A DNA stretch of 63,807 nucleotides, filler included, from Catajapyx aquilonaris (taxonomy: Eukaryota): assembly GCA_000934665.2 (NCBI GenBank). It is 2 parts of 2 records of this genome, joined end to end, with 100 filler letters (N's around TTAATTAATTAA, not from the genome) between each part and the next. Parts side by side here need not be neighbours in the genome. Positions count along the whole stretch, not along the records: positions 1 to 31,926 come from KZ539157.1; 1 more part is not named here. One strand, 5' to 3'. The position numbers and the translations under genes were made by a program. The notes under the pieces are model-generated. The model did not search any database. It saw nothing but the letters and a program-made list of their open reading frames with translations, and had not been told where the DNA came from. Positions 1 to 11,920 of the stretch are shown here, piece after piece (positions within the stretch are counted from its first letter, which is position 1; each line of letters opens with the position of its first letter).

Positions 1-199
1 CTATCCGAGCGCCATCTATCAACAAAACAGACCGCTCGACTTGCGCCTCTCGCGTGAAGCGTCTGAGCGCACCCGTTCCTCGTCTATGAACCCCCTCCAG
101 ATGGCGTTTCCGGACACGGTTTCCTATGTCAAAAATGTTTGTCTTGGTCCCCTCTATCACCCCTAGAAGTTTGTCGGTTGAATTCATTTACACCCTGTA
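1..199. mobile_element. Right end of a CAGGGTG-type (Tc1/mariner-like) MITE, cut by the window edge
   Basis: Ends in TACACCCTG|TA, the same terminus type as the complete MITEs at 59219-59639 and 60986-61671. Confidence 0.45.
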
Positions 200-660
200 T
201 AATTATATCAATTGGACAGGAAACACGAGGAAAATTACGGCTTAGTATGGAATTATCTTTCCTCTAAAATGTAAGCAGAATGACATGTGCGGCATCTTCA
301 TCAATTACCCATGCCTAGATATAATTTTTATTGCATCAGTAGGCCTACAGTCTATAAATATTTCAAATGACATCACCTGATGGAGGCACAGGAAGTGATT
401 TCGACAATATTCGTCACTGATACGTACACAGGAAGGGATACAGCCATACACTCAGAGATAGTACATATTATTTAATCGTTGCCCTAACAGTAATGTATAA
501 CTTGCAGAGGGATGCATCACAAGTAACCCACCCAGGGAAGGCCACAGGAAGAGATTTGGACAATATTTGTCACCCACACGTACGTGCATAGAGATAATCC
601 ATGCTATTTAACTGCAGCAGTAATTAGCATCCATACCATTTTGGAACAACCAGTGCAACA

Positions 661-1463
661 ATGATGTTCCTCGTAGGCCTCCTGCTCCTCTCAGCCCTCG
701 CAGCAGCAGAAGACATGGTATGAAAATTATATTTAAAATATTTTAACATTAATTTTATTATACTAATGCCAATGTGTATTTTAGCCGGCCCATTGCCGTC
801 ACCCTGAAGATACCCCGACTGGTGAGAATGCAGAAAAATTCGTAGAAGGAATGATCAAATGCCAGGCTGCTCTTGAGGAAATTGGACTTGGCGAAGATGA
901 GGTCTGATTAATTTTAAATTGTTTCTTAATTATGTCTGTGGTTAGCTAACGCGTTGTTCTGCCCCCTTTTACAGTGCGATCTTTCAGAATGCCTGTTGGC
1001 ATACATGGATATGGTATGTAGTCGAGTATACTGAATAATATGCAATTGACATTACATAGAGAGTAATAGATGGCTTCTTGTCACTAGTTTGACGATGAAA
1101 TGAAAATAGAACCTAAGGCAGTGACGGACTTCCTCTTTGGCGAAGGATATGAGGAAAGTAAAGAATATTTTGCTGGACTCGTTAATGACTGCAATGAAAA
1201 TGGTGAGTGGTTATTACCTAGTACAATCTGCATGTAATGAGACCATTTAAAAATAACTGGTGATTAAATCAACGCAGAATCTGAATCAGCATCAGAAGGC
1301 GATTGCGCGATAGAGCAACCACTAGATTGTGCAATGCAGAAATATCTCGAGGTATTATATACTTTTGAAATCATCATCAGAAGGGTTATTCCAGTATGCA
1401 ATGGCTATAATTATCCACATTTATCTTCTCTTACAGGCATGCGGCGAATATATGGAGGACTGA
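661..1463 (+). CDS. Secreted 8-Cys OBP-like protein, copy A (142 aa, 6 exons)
   Basis: Exons 661-717, 785-901, 975-1013, 1088-1202, 1278-1351, 1437-1463, all GT-AG and in frame: MMFLVGLLLLSALAAAEDMPAHCRHP...IKCQAAL...CDLSECLLAYMDMFDDEMKI...VNDCNE...GDCAIEQPLDCAMQKYLEACGEYMED*. Signal peptide present; AATAAA near 1534. The OBP assignment is inferred from Cys spacing. Confidence 0.85.
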
Positions 1464-1656
1464 AGCACGACAATGACGAGCTACTTGACAAAGACATGTA
1501 ATTGTTTTTAGTCACTGTTATCACTGAAATGGAAATAAAGAAGTGGCATTGATTCTTCTGACTCTTATTTGAAGGTTGAACAAGATTATGTATCTTTACT
1601 ACAGTATTATAGAGTACTTCTATAAGTCTATATCCCAACACCGGATGCTAACGTCG

Positions 1657-3173
1657 CACTGTATAGGCTAGAATCGAAAAAACATGATCGAAAATAATAG
1701 CGCATTAATTAAGCCGTTTAAACAGATTTAAAAAAATGTCATCCAATGTTTTCGTAGTCGCTGATTTCCATTATGAGGTTATTTTTAACGTAGCACTACC
1801 GGGTGTACCAAAAAAATGCGGAAAGTTACAAAACAAGCATTAAACAATTCAATGAGTTAAGAATGAAGTGTCCCTATGTTTTCCCGGTACATTATTTAGA
1901 ACTGAGATTGTCCAAAAATCTAGAACACATAACTACAGGGTGTAGCAAAAATCACAACATTAAAGTTATAATTCCGCAACTTAACGGTCGCATTAGCTAA
2001 AATTTTTTAGGTTTTGTATGATTTCGCGGTCACTGATTCTGATTTTCAGGCTACATACAACCAAACACTACAGGGTGTACCAGAAACACGATCGAATAAT
2101 ATAAGAGAAGAAAAATTTTAATTCAAAAAAATGTGCATATTATGCAAAATTATAAAATGGTCAAATCCATATCCTCTCCATATCCTCTGATAGTTTTCGA
2201 TCGTGTTTTTGGTACACCCTGTAGTTGTGGGTTGTAAATAGCCGGACAACCGGAATCAGTGGCATCGTAAACACATGGAAACCTCATTTTTACCTAATGC
2301 AACGGTTCAATTACGACCCTGTAACGTGATATTGTGATTTTTTGTACACCCTGTCGTCCTGTTTTCAAAACATATTGACAATCTAAATTCTAAATAATCA
2401 ACTGGGAACACATGAGGAGACAATTTTTTACTTCATTGAAGTGTTTCAGTCAGGTTTTATAACATTTGATCGCGTTTTTTGGTACACCCTGTAGTGCTGT
2501 GTTGAAAATAACCTCAAAATCGAAATCGCCGACCACGAAAACATAGGAAGACATTATTTCTACCAGCTTAAGCGAATTCATTAACAGCAATTATTTTCGA
2601 TTCTATCCCACGACTGGTGGCCCGTTTCCTACGCACCAGCCAGGTGTTTTCATTTATAAAATGACGAGTAGCGGCCAGTAGCAGCTAGAATATATTGGGC
2701 TAGTTACTATACACCAAGACGGTCATCATGAGACCAATTTTATGAGTCAGCCGTTGTTAGCCGCTTTTGCAGGGAAGGTTTTATCGTACGAAAAGCTCGA
2801 AAAAAAGGCTTCGGGTTTCCCCCTCCCCCCGGAAAATAGGAAAGTAATAGTTACTCATTTCAGACATCAAATTGTTCGTCAAGGAAAGCTCTACAAGAGA
2901 AGGTACTCACATGTTCAAAATACTTTTCTACGACTGAATAAAATCATAGCTTATAAGGGCATTTTCAAGGGAAAAAAAAAATCCTGCTAAAAATGCCCGT
3001 TTTTCTCTGACTTCGACAGCATGAAACAATTTACATACAATAGGTATGGTAGAACTAAGAATCACGTCAGGCCCCACACGAACTTGACTTTCATTGACGG
3101 AGTTTCCGAAGTATTTACAAAAACAGTGGAAAAAGTATTTTCGATCATGTTTTTTCGATTCTAGCCTACAGTG
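1657..3173. mobile_element. Non-autonomous Transib-like DNA transposon
   Basis: TIR CACTGTA(TA)GGCTAGAATCGAAAAAACATGATCGAAAATA at 1657, reverse complement ending at 3173. Perfect 5-bp GC-rich TSD CGTCG (1652-1656, 3174-3178). No transposase ORF. Confidence 0.75.
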
Positions 3174-3631
3174 CGTCGGCCCGACGTGACAAAAAGTTAA
3201 CCGTTTTACATTGGCCCGATATCACTCCCCAACATTGGCCCGGTGTCATTCGCCGACATCGGGCCGACGAAGTGTGCTACCTGGGAAGGGACCCCAAGAA
3301 TCTTGCTACGCCCCTGGAGTCGATTACAATAATTTTCCTGGGCAGAATATTGTTGTCACACCAACCTGATGATTTACCACATTAATGCTCTTCTGCATGC
3401 GCCCGAGTTTTGTCAAGCTGAAGCCATGCCTACAGAGAATTCTCATTAATCAGCACAGTGTATAGTTTCAACTGACATCACCCGATGAAGGCCATAGGAA
3501 GCGATTTGGACAAATCCGTCACTCACATCTTCACAGGAAGGCAATGATACACCCAGAGACAATCAATGTCATTTTAATGCAGGCAAATGCAACTATAGCT
3601 TACATATCATTTTGGAACAACCAGAGCAACA

Positions 3632-4436
3632 ATGATGTTCCTCGTAGGCCTCCTGCTCCTCTCAGCCCTCGCTGCAGCAGAGGGCATGGCATGAAAATTA
3701 TATTTAAAATATTTTAACATTAATTTTATTATACTAATGCCAATGTGTCTTTAGCCGGCCCATTGCCGTCACCCTGAAGAGAGCCTGGTGAGAATGCAGA
3801 AAAATACGCAGAAGGAACCATCAAATGCCAGGATGCTCTTGAGAAACTTGGACTAGGCGAAGATGAGGTTTGATTAATTTTAAATTGTTTCTGAAATATG
3901 ACTGCGGTTAGCTAACGCGTTGTTCTGCCCCCTTTTACAGTGCGACCTTTCAGAATGCATGTTGGCATACCTGAGAATGGTATGTAGTCGAGTATACTGA
4001 ATAATGTGCAATTATTCACATCACGTATGAGAGTAATAATTATCTGGCTTATTGTCACTAGCTTGACGATGATATGGTAATAAAACCTGAGGCGGTGGCG
4101 GACTTCTTCTTTGGCGAAGGATATGAGGAAAGTAAAGAATATTATGCTGGACTCATTAGTGACTGCATTAAAAATGGTGAGTGGTTATTACAATCTGCAT
4201 GTTGTACTGTATGTAATGAGACCATTTAAAAATGACTGGTGATTAAATCAACGCAGGTGAATCAGGAGAGTGCGAGTTCGTGCAACCAGTAGATTGTGCA
4301 ACGGAAAAATATCTTGAGGTACTATATACTTTTGAAATCATCATCAGAAGGGTGACATCCAGTATGCCCATGCAATGGCTATATGGAAATTTATCTTCTC
4401 GTACAAGCATGCGGCGAATATATGGAGCGGGACTGA
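3632..4436 (+). pseudogene. OBP-like copy B, pseudogene
   Basis: Close paralog of copy A. Intron-1 donor is GC (3689), exon 2 is 113 nt instead of 117 (frameshift to TAG), and the last acceptor reads TACAA|GCA instead of TACAG|GCA. Confidence 0.85.
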
Positions 4437-4453
4437 AGCACTATATACAATGA

Positions 4454-4942
4454 CCCACCAAAAACCTATCTGTAAAAAAAGGCCAAGTTCTCCTGACTGC
4501 TTGGCCGTCAAAAGTGGTGAGATCTGAAATACGGCCAAGTTCAACGTCGTACTCATTACTGGCATTCTCAAATTCGTCAACCTAAATCACTAACTTTATT
4601 TTTCCAGGTCGACCTTAAGTTTAATAAACAGAAAATTTTAATGGAATTTCTCCTGATGTCACTTGGCCATTGCTCTTAAAACATTGAAACAGTTGTAGAA
4701 TTCAACAATACCTCGGACATGAGCAATGGCCAAGTTACAGCAAGAGAAATTCCATTAAATTTTTTTGATGATTCAACTTAAGGTCGACCTGAAAAAACAA
4801 AGTTTGTGGTTTAGGTTGAAAAAGTTGAGAATGCCAGTAATGAGTACGACGTTGAACTTGGCCGTATTTCAGATCTCACCACTTTTGACGGCCAAGCAGT
4901 CAGGAGAACTTGGCCTTTTTTTACAGAAAGGTTTTTGGTGGG
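4454..4942. mobile_element. Fold-back MITE (near-perfect palindrome, ~235-bp arms)
   Basis: CCCACCAAAAACCT...GGCCAAGTTCTCCTGACTGC is mirrored at 4895-4942. The ORF track gives the same peptide on both strands (4344- and 4765+). Confidence 0.85.
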
Positions 4943-4959
4943 ATCTCACCTCTTTATAT

Positions 4960-6056
4960 AGGCAGGAGTGTAGGATAATATTATAAGAAAGCTCGGGGAG
5001 CCCCCTACGGTTGGGCGTAGAAGTGATGGTCCGTTAAATATTCCAAATACGGTAATGAATAACTTAGAGCAAAATGTGTAGGTTATATACGAAAGTATGT
5101 AAAACTCTATCTTTTCCTCTGAGTAGGTATGATTTTCTTCTGCTTTCTCATATTACGCTTCCTTTTTTTGTTCTGGTGGTGCGAATTGGACATCATCTAC
5201 ACCTGATCGCATAGCCCATTCGCGATCCTTAACCACTTCTGTCGATGCCTTATTAGCCCTTTTGAGTATGGATAAGTCTGGTGGGTAAATATATCTCAAT
5301 CTATCGTACTCCAGAATAGCTGACTCTTGAGCCTTGATGTTAGTAAAGGAGGCATTGATGAGATGCACTCCATTGATACTTTTAACTCTGGAAAGAGCCA
5401 CGTAGGCTTGACCGCACGAGAAGACAGAGGAACCAATATCGATGAGTGCATTAGTGAGACTCAGGAGTTGGCTCTGTCCTCTGCATGGTAATGGCATACG
5501 CCACACAAATTGGGAATTGTTCCCTGTACACATAGACTGTTGATGAACTCGAATTTTGTATTTGAGGTATTTAGGTATTTGTAGTTGTATTTGTATGAAA
5601 TATTTGTATTTGTATGAAATGCAATCGCAGCTTCAGTCAGATAGCTAGCGGCAGTGACGTAGCCAGGAATCCAGGGGGCGGGGAGGTCCGCCGCAGGCAA
5701 AATTTTTCGGGTTGAAGGTCACACGAGCTTCGGTGAATATGGGAGATTTGAATGGGCGTGTATTAGATGAAATTGGTAGCACTTTTATCCCCCAAAAAAT
5801 CATGAATTAGTAATTTCCTTGACATGATTTTTTTTATCCACAAGATTTCTGGGGNGAAGGGAGGTGGCGAGGAGATGAGAACGTGGGGAAGGCAGGAGGA
5901 GCACCAGCATCGATTTTTATCTACCCAAATAAAATTTTTGAAGCGACGTGTGTTCACCAGTGCGAAGATTCGAGGGGGTCAAAATGACGTGAGTTGTGTC
6001 GGGTAAAGGTGGTCCGGCAGTGCGGCGAGAACTTGGCGGGGGCACTGCCGTGCCCA
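4960..6056 (-). mobile_element. Helitron/Helentron remnant carrying a Pif1-type helicase C-terminus (copy 1)
   Basis: Frameshifted QFPICVAYAIT...SLTNALIDIGSSVFSCGQAYVALSRVKSINGVHL (Pif1/RepHel motifs V-VI). Terminal hairpin GGGCACGGCAGTGCCC. Near-identical inverted copy at 29871-31334. Confidence 0.75.
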
Positions 6057-6200
6057 TTAATAATGAGCTACTTGACAAAGATATGTAATTCTCTTTAGTC
6101 ACTGTTATCATTGAAATGGAAATAATAAAAAAGTGGGATTGTTTCTTCTGACTCTTATTTGAAGGTTGAACAGGATTATGTGTCGCTATAATTTGCCCGT

Positions 6201-6564
6201 GGGGGAGGCGTGGTGGCCGAGATGGTAACGTCTCGACTTGCTGTGCGAAAGGTCCCGGGTTCGATCCCCCGCCCGGGAGTTCCTTCCGCCTGCATCAGTG
6301 GGTCTCTGACCCGCGCCTAAGGAGACGTCTTGGCAACCTAGCCTCGTGGGGGACTGCACATGACCCTTTTCAGACATTGCACTTGCACCTGTGTCCCCTC
6401 CCCAAAAATCCCTATCCTTACCCACGTCCTTTCATCCTTGCACCGGAGTTAGAAGAAAAATTAGAAAAACTGACATGAAAAAATGGTGGTATTCCACCCC
6501 CCCTAAAGGAGCGCTGATATTCTCCCAATGGGGTAAGTAAAATAAAATAAAATAAATAAAATAA
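6201..6564 (+). mobile_element. tRNA-derived SINE, family 1
   Basis: A box TGGCCGAGATGG, B box GGTTCGATCCC, (AAAAT)n tail, 13-bp TSD ATAATTTGCCCGT (6188-6200, 6565-6577). Related copies at 40406, 49071 and ~53020. Confidence 0.85.
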
Positions 6565-6849
6565 ATAATTTGCCCGTTCCTATTATATACAAAATTCTCA
6601 TTACATACAGTCTACAATTATATGAGCACTAACTTGTTTGTGTGTTGGATTCAGCGTAAGGGCCAATCGCAAAAAATATCAGGCAGTTGATCTCGGTAAC
6701 GCAAAACTGACATCACCCGATGGAGGCCAGAGGAAGCGAATTGGATAATATTCATCACCCACATATACGTGAATAGAGATAATCCATGGTATTTAACTCC
6801 AGCCATGTGTAAGTAGCATTCATACCATTTTGGAACAACCAGAGCAACA

Positions 6850-7672
6850 ATGATGTTCCTCGTAGGCCTCCTGCTCCTCTCAGCCCTCGCAGCAGCAGAA
6901 GACATGGTATGAAAATTATTATATTTAAAATATTTTAACATTAATTTTATTATACTAATGCCAATGTGTATTTAGCCAGCCCATTGCCGTCACCCTGAAG
7001 ATACCCCGACTGGTGAGAACGCAGAAAATTTCGTAGAAGGATCCATGTATTGCCAGACTGCTCTTGAGGAAGTTGGACTAGGCGAAGATGAGGTTTGATT
7101 AATTTTAAATTGTTTCTGAATTATGACGGTGGTTAAGATAAAACGTTGCTCTTACCCTCTTTACAGTGCGAGTTTTCACAATGCCTGATCGCATACCTGA
7201 AGATGGTATGGAGTCCAACACACTGAATAATATGCAATTGACTGCACGTATGTGAGTAATAATTATCTGGCTTATTGTTACTAGACTGACGAAAGAATGG
7301 AATTAAAACCCAATGCGGTGGCGGACTTCCTCTTTGGCGAAGGATATGAGGAAAGTAAAGAATATTTTGCTGGACTCCTTAATGACTGCATTAAAAATAG
7401 TGAGTGTGTATTACAATCTGCATGTTGTACTGCATGATTGCAATGTGACCATATAAAAATAATATTGTTGATTAAATCAACGCAGGTAGTGAATCAGAAG
7501 ACAACTGCGAGTTAGTGGATCCACTAGATTGCGCAATGATGAAATATCTCGAGGTACTATATACTTTTGAAATCATCATCACAAGTGTGACATACATCCA
7601 GTACACTCCTGCAATGGCTATATGCAAATCTATCATATCTTACAGGCATGCGGCGATTATATGGAGGACTGA
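6850..7672 (+). CDS. Secreted 8-Cys OBP-like protein, copy C (6 exons)
   Basis: Exons 6850-6906, 6976-7092, 7167-7205, 7285-7399, 7486-7553, 7646-7672, intact and in frame: ...PAHCRHP...MYCQTAL...CEFSQCLIAYLKM...NDCIKN...NCELVDPLDCAMMKYLEACGDYMED*. Confidence 0.85.
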
Positions 7673-7849
7673 AGCACGAAAATGATGATGGGCTACTTGA
7701 CAAAGATAATATACTATGCAATTGTCTTTAGTTAACTTACTGTTATCATTGAAATGGAAATAAAAAAGTGGCATTGATTCTTCTGACTCTTATTCTGACT
7801 ACTTGACCCAGACTTGACCTCTGTTATTGTTGTCCTTATGCAATAGTGA

Positions 7850-8473
7850 TTACCAGATACCCATGTATTCACCATATAATTTCACAGATGCTTTAGTATC
7901 ATCATATCCTGGCAAAGGCATTATTAGTTCCACCATTTTTTCTGGGATAAAGTGACGCTCTGAATCCAACTGAAATATATTATAAATAAACATAACCAAT
8001 GGTTCATAATAAATATTACCAACTGAGCCTTACCATTTGCATAAAATCCAGCATACATTTAACCATACACTGAAAATAGAAAATTGAAGGGAAAATATAT
8101 TGTGAAGTGACATACAGTATGGCATAAGAGTTATAAGAAATTGAATAGCTTCCTGTCACACATTAATTCTGGAGATAACTCACATGTGACAAAATAAGGG
8201 GATAATTAATTTAAAATTTAAGTACGTGTGATTTACCCGTTTCTGGACTCCATAATTTTCACACTTCTTGTTAGCCTCTGATATTTGTTCTTCTTCGTCA
8301 GCGAATAGTTTATCTCTTGGATAGTTGCAGATGCCAGCCTAAATTGAAGGACATAGTTAATGTATATTTTCCTTATAGCAAAATATTAGGATCAAAGAAA
8401 CATAGCCTACTATAGACTGATCATCCGTCAGAGAGGCTGCCAAAGGAATCAAACAAACTAGCAGAAGAATCAT
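7850..8473 (-). pseudogene. OBP-like copy D, 3'-truncated (exons 1-4 only)
   Basis: Exons 8473-8411, 8338-8237, 8069-8034, 7969-7850: MILLLVCLIPLAASLTDDQSI AGICNYP...KKCENY...CMVKCMLDFMQM LDSERHFIPEKMVELIMPLPGYDDTK...GIW*. It stops before the conserved exon-4 Cys, and no exons 5-6 are found before the 3' UTR of copy C. Confidence 0.65.
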
Positions 8474-8834
8474 TGTTGCTGGATGTGAAGAGAAGATCCA
8501 AATGGCGTTCAATCTCTCCAGGTGTGAAAAGAATCCATATAATCCACAGTGCTTGACTTCCTTCTTCCTCTTTACAAACAATATATTTCCTTCCATCTCA
8601 TATTCAAAAAATATCATTAAAAAAACATGGACATGACATTTTATTGTCAAGGGTTTGAAGGTCGAACAAGATGATGGATCTATACAATCCAAGAGCAATG
8701 TGTATAGGATTATGAGTTACAAAATACAGTGGGATAAAATATGTATTATTTTATTGAACGACACAGAAGTGTACAATACATCTCATTACGATGTGTATAT
8801 TTGGCATGTGAGCCGGTTCTAACTATGTTGTGGT

Positions 8835-9778
8835 TCAATCAAGATCAATAGGCATGTCGTTGAAGCCACATTCCTGCAAAAAATTACAATTATCATGGCA
8901 CACAATAATATTTAGTTAAAGACTATCCCTACCTCCATAATGATTGAATTTGTGCACAGTGTAGATGAAACAAATTTCATCATTCCTACGCATTTCATGT
9001 CGTCAGAGTCAGGGTCTATCATTTCTATATGAAACAAAGGTGTTAGTATCATCAATAAAAATATATCTATCTGCGTAATATTAATCACCTGCATTCTTGC
9101 AAGCCGCTAAATTTATTGAATAAGCAGTCTTGAAGTCGTCAAATCCAACTTCCGGAAGCATAAAATTTGCATACGAGTCTGGGATCATGTAACCTTCATT
9201 GTCCATCTGAAGAATATATACGAGCATACAATGAGATAAAACACGACATAAAAGTTCAAAATATCTCTTTAAACGCACATAACGCGTACTTACCAAATTT
9301 AATTTCTTGTTTATGCAAATGCTTTTTTGACACTGCAACAATAGAAGCATACCACATTATATTATCTTTAACAATAGAACTACTGTATGCAAATTAAAAT
9401 TTATTCTCGGCTACTCGTTGAATTTATGTAACAAACTTACGTTCAAAATGCAGTAAATTAGTATATAATTAGCAACAATTACTCTTAATGATCACTAGTA
9501 TTATATCTACCGCGTCAGCTTCTCCTTTACATGCTTCTTCAGCTGCGGCATATCTTCCTGCTGCCTCTGGGTTTTCCAAGTCTCCAATAAGTTTATCGCA
9601 GTATTCGGACTATATTTGAACAACACAATAAAATGACACAGAAGTCATACGTCATCAATAATTACACATATAATGGCTACAACAATAAACAGACAATACA
9701 TACTGAACCTGCGACCCCATCAGCGTCAGCGACTGATGAAGCGACGATTACAAGAAGAATAACTGGCAGAAGAGACAT
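8835..9778 (-). CDS. Secreted 8-Cys OBP-like protein, copy E (6 exons)
   Basis: MSLLPVILLVIVASSVADADGVAGS|SEYCDKL...EEACKGEADA|CQKSICINKKLNL|MDNEGYMIPD...LAACKNA|E...MKCVGMMKFVSSTLCTNSIIME|ECGFNDMPIDLD*. GT-AG introns in the same phases as copy A. Confidence 0.82.
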
Positions 9779-10023
9779 ATCTTCCACCCCACGGTAAGAC
9801 GGTATGACTTCTGCGATGGAAGCTTCCCAACACCTCTACGAGCTGCGACTTGCACGACTCTCTCGGGATTTACGCGAACCACTGGATATATACATCCCTC
9901 CTCTCGCCTATAGGTAATAAAATTTTAATGTTCAGTAAAGATTCAGACATAAGGTCCACACAACAATCAGTCATATCTATGACACATTCCTGTAAAGAAT
10001 ATGCATAATGGTCATATGACAAT

Positions 10024-10320
10024 CAGGGACGTAGCCAGGATTCCAGTTCGGGGGGGCATAAACCGAAAAGGGCGTGGAGGAGGCTCGCCGCCGCGCCGCA
10101 GGAGAAATTTTTGGGGGTTCAAGGTCACACGAGCTTAGGTGAATGTGGGAGATTTGAATGCGTGTGTATTTGATGGAATTGGTAGCACCAAGAGCTCTTG
10201 GTAGCACTTTTTCCCCCAAAAAATCCCGAATTAGTAATTTGAAAACATGATTTTTTGGAGAAAAAAAANNNNNNNNNNNNNNNNNNNGGGGGGGGGGGGG
10301 GGGGGGGGGGGCGTTGTGTC
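10024..10320. mobile_element. CAGGGACGTAGCCAGG-type MITE fragment spanning a small N gap
   Basis: Homologous to the segment nested in the Helitron remnants (5652-5850, 30400-30634). Confidence 0.5.
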
Positions 10321-10502
10321 ATTCGTCCTTCGCATTTTGGGATTCCAATACCTTCTGAAAATTCTGCAAAGAATAAGTAAACAATTCGTACCAAATTAAT
10401 TGTTGTAAGCAAGGTGGAGACACTGCTGCTATAATACAGTGATTGTATTGTAAACAAGATCGTAGAGTACCGGTAGACAAAATTCCAGTTCGATTCCAGA
10501 TC

Positions 10503-10599
10503 GATTGCTGCCTGATCCCATATGCTGTATGGAGAGCATGCAGGAGTACAGACACACATGTCCTAACTGCCGAGGTGAAATTGGGACGTACAAAGCTTA
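10503..10599 (+). pseudogene. LITAF last-exon remnant
   Basis: CCLIP-(+2 nt frameshift)-CCMESMQEYRHTCPNCRGEIGTYKA*, nearly identical to 14998-15090. No upstream exon recognised. Confidence 0.7.
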
Positions 10600-10623
10600 A
10601 TATATTAAGCTAGCAGCAAGTAC

Positions 10624-11019
10624 CAACGCCTCATTTAGCAGGGAAGGAGGCTCCATTACTGTAATCATGTGACAAAATGTGAAGTTACAAATAGAGACAC
10701 AGCATTTTGGATGGTATAGTATCCACGTGATATTATGCATAACAAATTAATAAAGGGTTGCAAGTGATTTACACAAACGTCGACAATCACCTTGACCACT
10801 GGAACCTTGACACGCACTCTCACCTTCATTAGTTTTTCCTACTGTTTCGGGATTGACAAAAGTTGGGTCCAGATCCTGGCAGTATCTTGGCTGTTGAGCA
10901 ACAAAGGAGATGACATCGTGTTGGAGTGCAACAATGCAACATACGTTCTGGAGTGCCTTCCACAACTGAGGCTGCACAGCAGTGCAGAGAATGCAGGAGG
11001 TTGTCAGTAAACTCATCAT
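10624..11019 (-). pseudogene. OBP-like remnant F (exons 1-2, degenerate exon 3)
   Basis: MSLLTTSCILCTAV...|GTATGT intron|PRYCQDLDPTFVNPETVGKTNEGESACQGSSGQ matches exon 2 of copies E/G/H. Downstream exons are degenerate or absent. Confidence 0.55.
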
Positions 11020-11299
11020 TTCCACCGCTGACTGTGCAATGCTATAATCTATCTAAACACAGGTTATTCTAACACTGAACTGAGACCGTGAAGTGCACAT
11101 CACTGCTTCTGTTATGCAACGGATAATAATTGTACCAGACTTCCTTCCTCCTGCATGGTCAACATGATTGCGGCTTTATAACACTCATGACAAGTACCGG
11201 ATACATTCAATTGTGTAATAACATTTATAAGGCAGTTTTTTATTTAGTCCTTATTCAGTATAAGCTTTACACAAACTCAATCGAAGCACCCTAATTTAA

Positions 11300-11769
11300 C
11301 CCTTAACTACGTAGGTGGGTGAAACACCTTTAACTACGTAGGTGGAGCCTGAGAGGCTCCAACGGTATATTTAAATTTATGCTTATCAACTAAATTGTTA
11401 TATTGGACTTTGCACACACAGAAAGTGCAGTTCAGATCATTAGGCTTCCGATAACGTAAAAATCACACGCTGAGTCAGCATATTCCAACAGGGAAAAATT
11501 CTTAATTAAAAGGTTACATCATGCTTGAGCCGCTCAGTCTTCACCTGCATAGGTAGAGCCAGTATGGAGTCCAGGAGGGACCTGTTCCTCGTTACGAATT
11601 TTTTTAAACCAAACAATAGGGACTTAAAAAATTTTCTTTCCTTTTCATGCTTAGGAAGGTTTGTCTGACAAAGTCACGGAAGGACAGGGGAAAATAAAAT
11701 TCGATGAAAAAGTTACATGCGTTTAAATAGTGCTTGGAGCCTCTCAGGCTCCACCTACGTAGTTAAGGG
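11300..11769. mobile_element. piggyBac-type MITE
   Basis: TTAA|CCCTTAACTACGTAGGTGG ... CCACCTACGTAGTTAAGGG|TTAA, with subterminal GAGCCTGAGAGGCTC repeats. Confidence 0.85.
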
Positions 11770-11920
11770 TTAAACATCACGGAAGGGCTAAAATCCATTC
11801 TCTGTAATTGTGCATACAGCAGGTAATAATTTGAAATAAAATTGGTTGATAACATAAAAGCATATGAATGTAACATTATTATTGGCAGGGTAAATATGTT
11901 ACTTGAAGGTTGCAATGGCA

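Noticed and set aside
5153..5533. Host PIF1 helicase gene
   Set aside because: Only a frameshifted C-terminal fragment, present twice with Helitron-like flanks.
6201..6280. tRNA gene (also at 32103, 40406, 49071, 52342)
   Set aside because: A/B boxes are present, but each continues into a shared SINE body with tail and TSD, and there is no clean cloverleaf.
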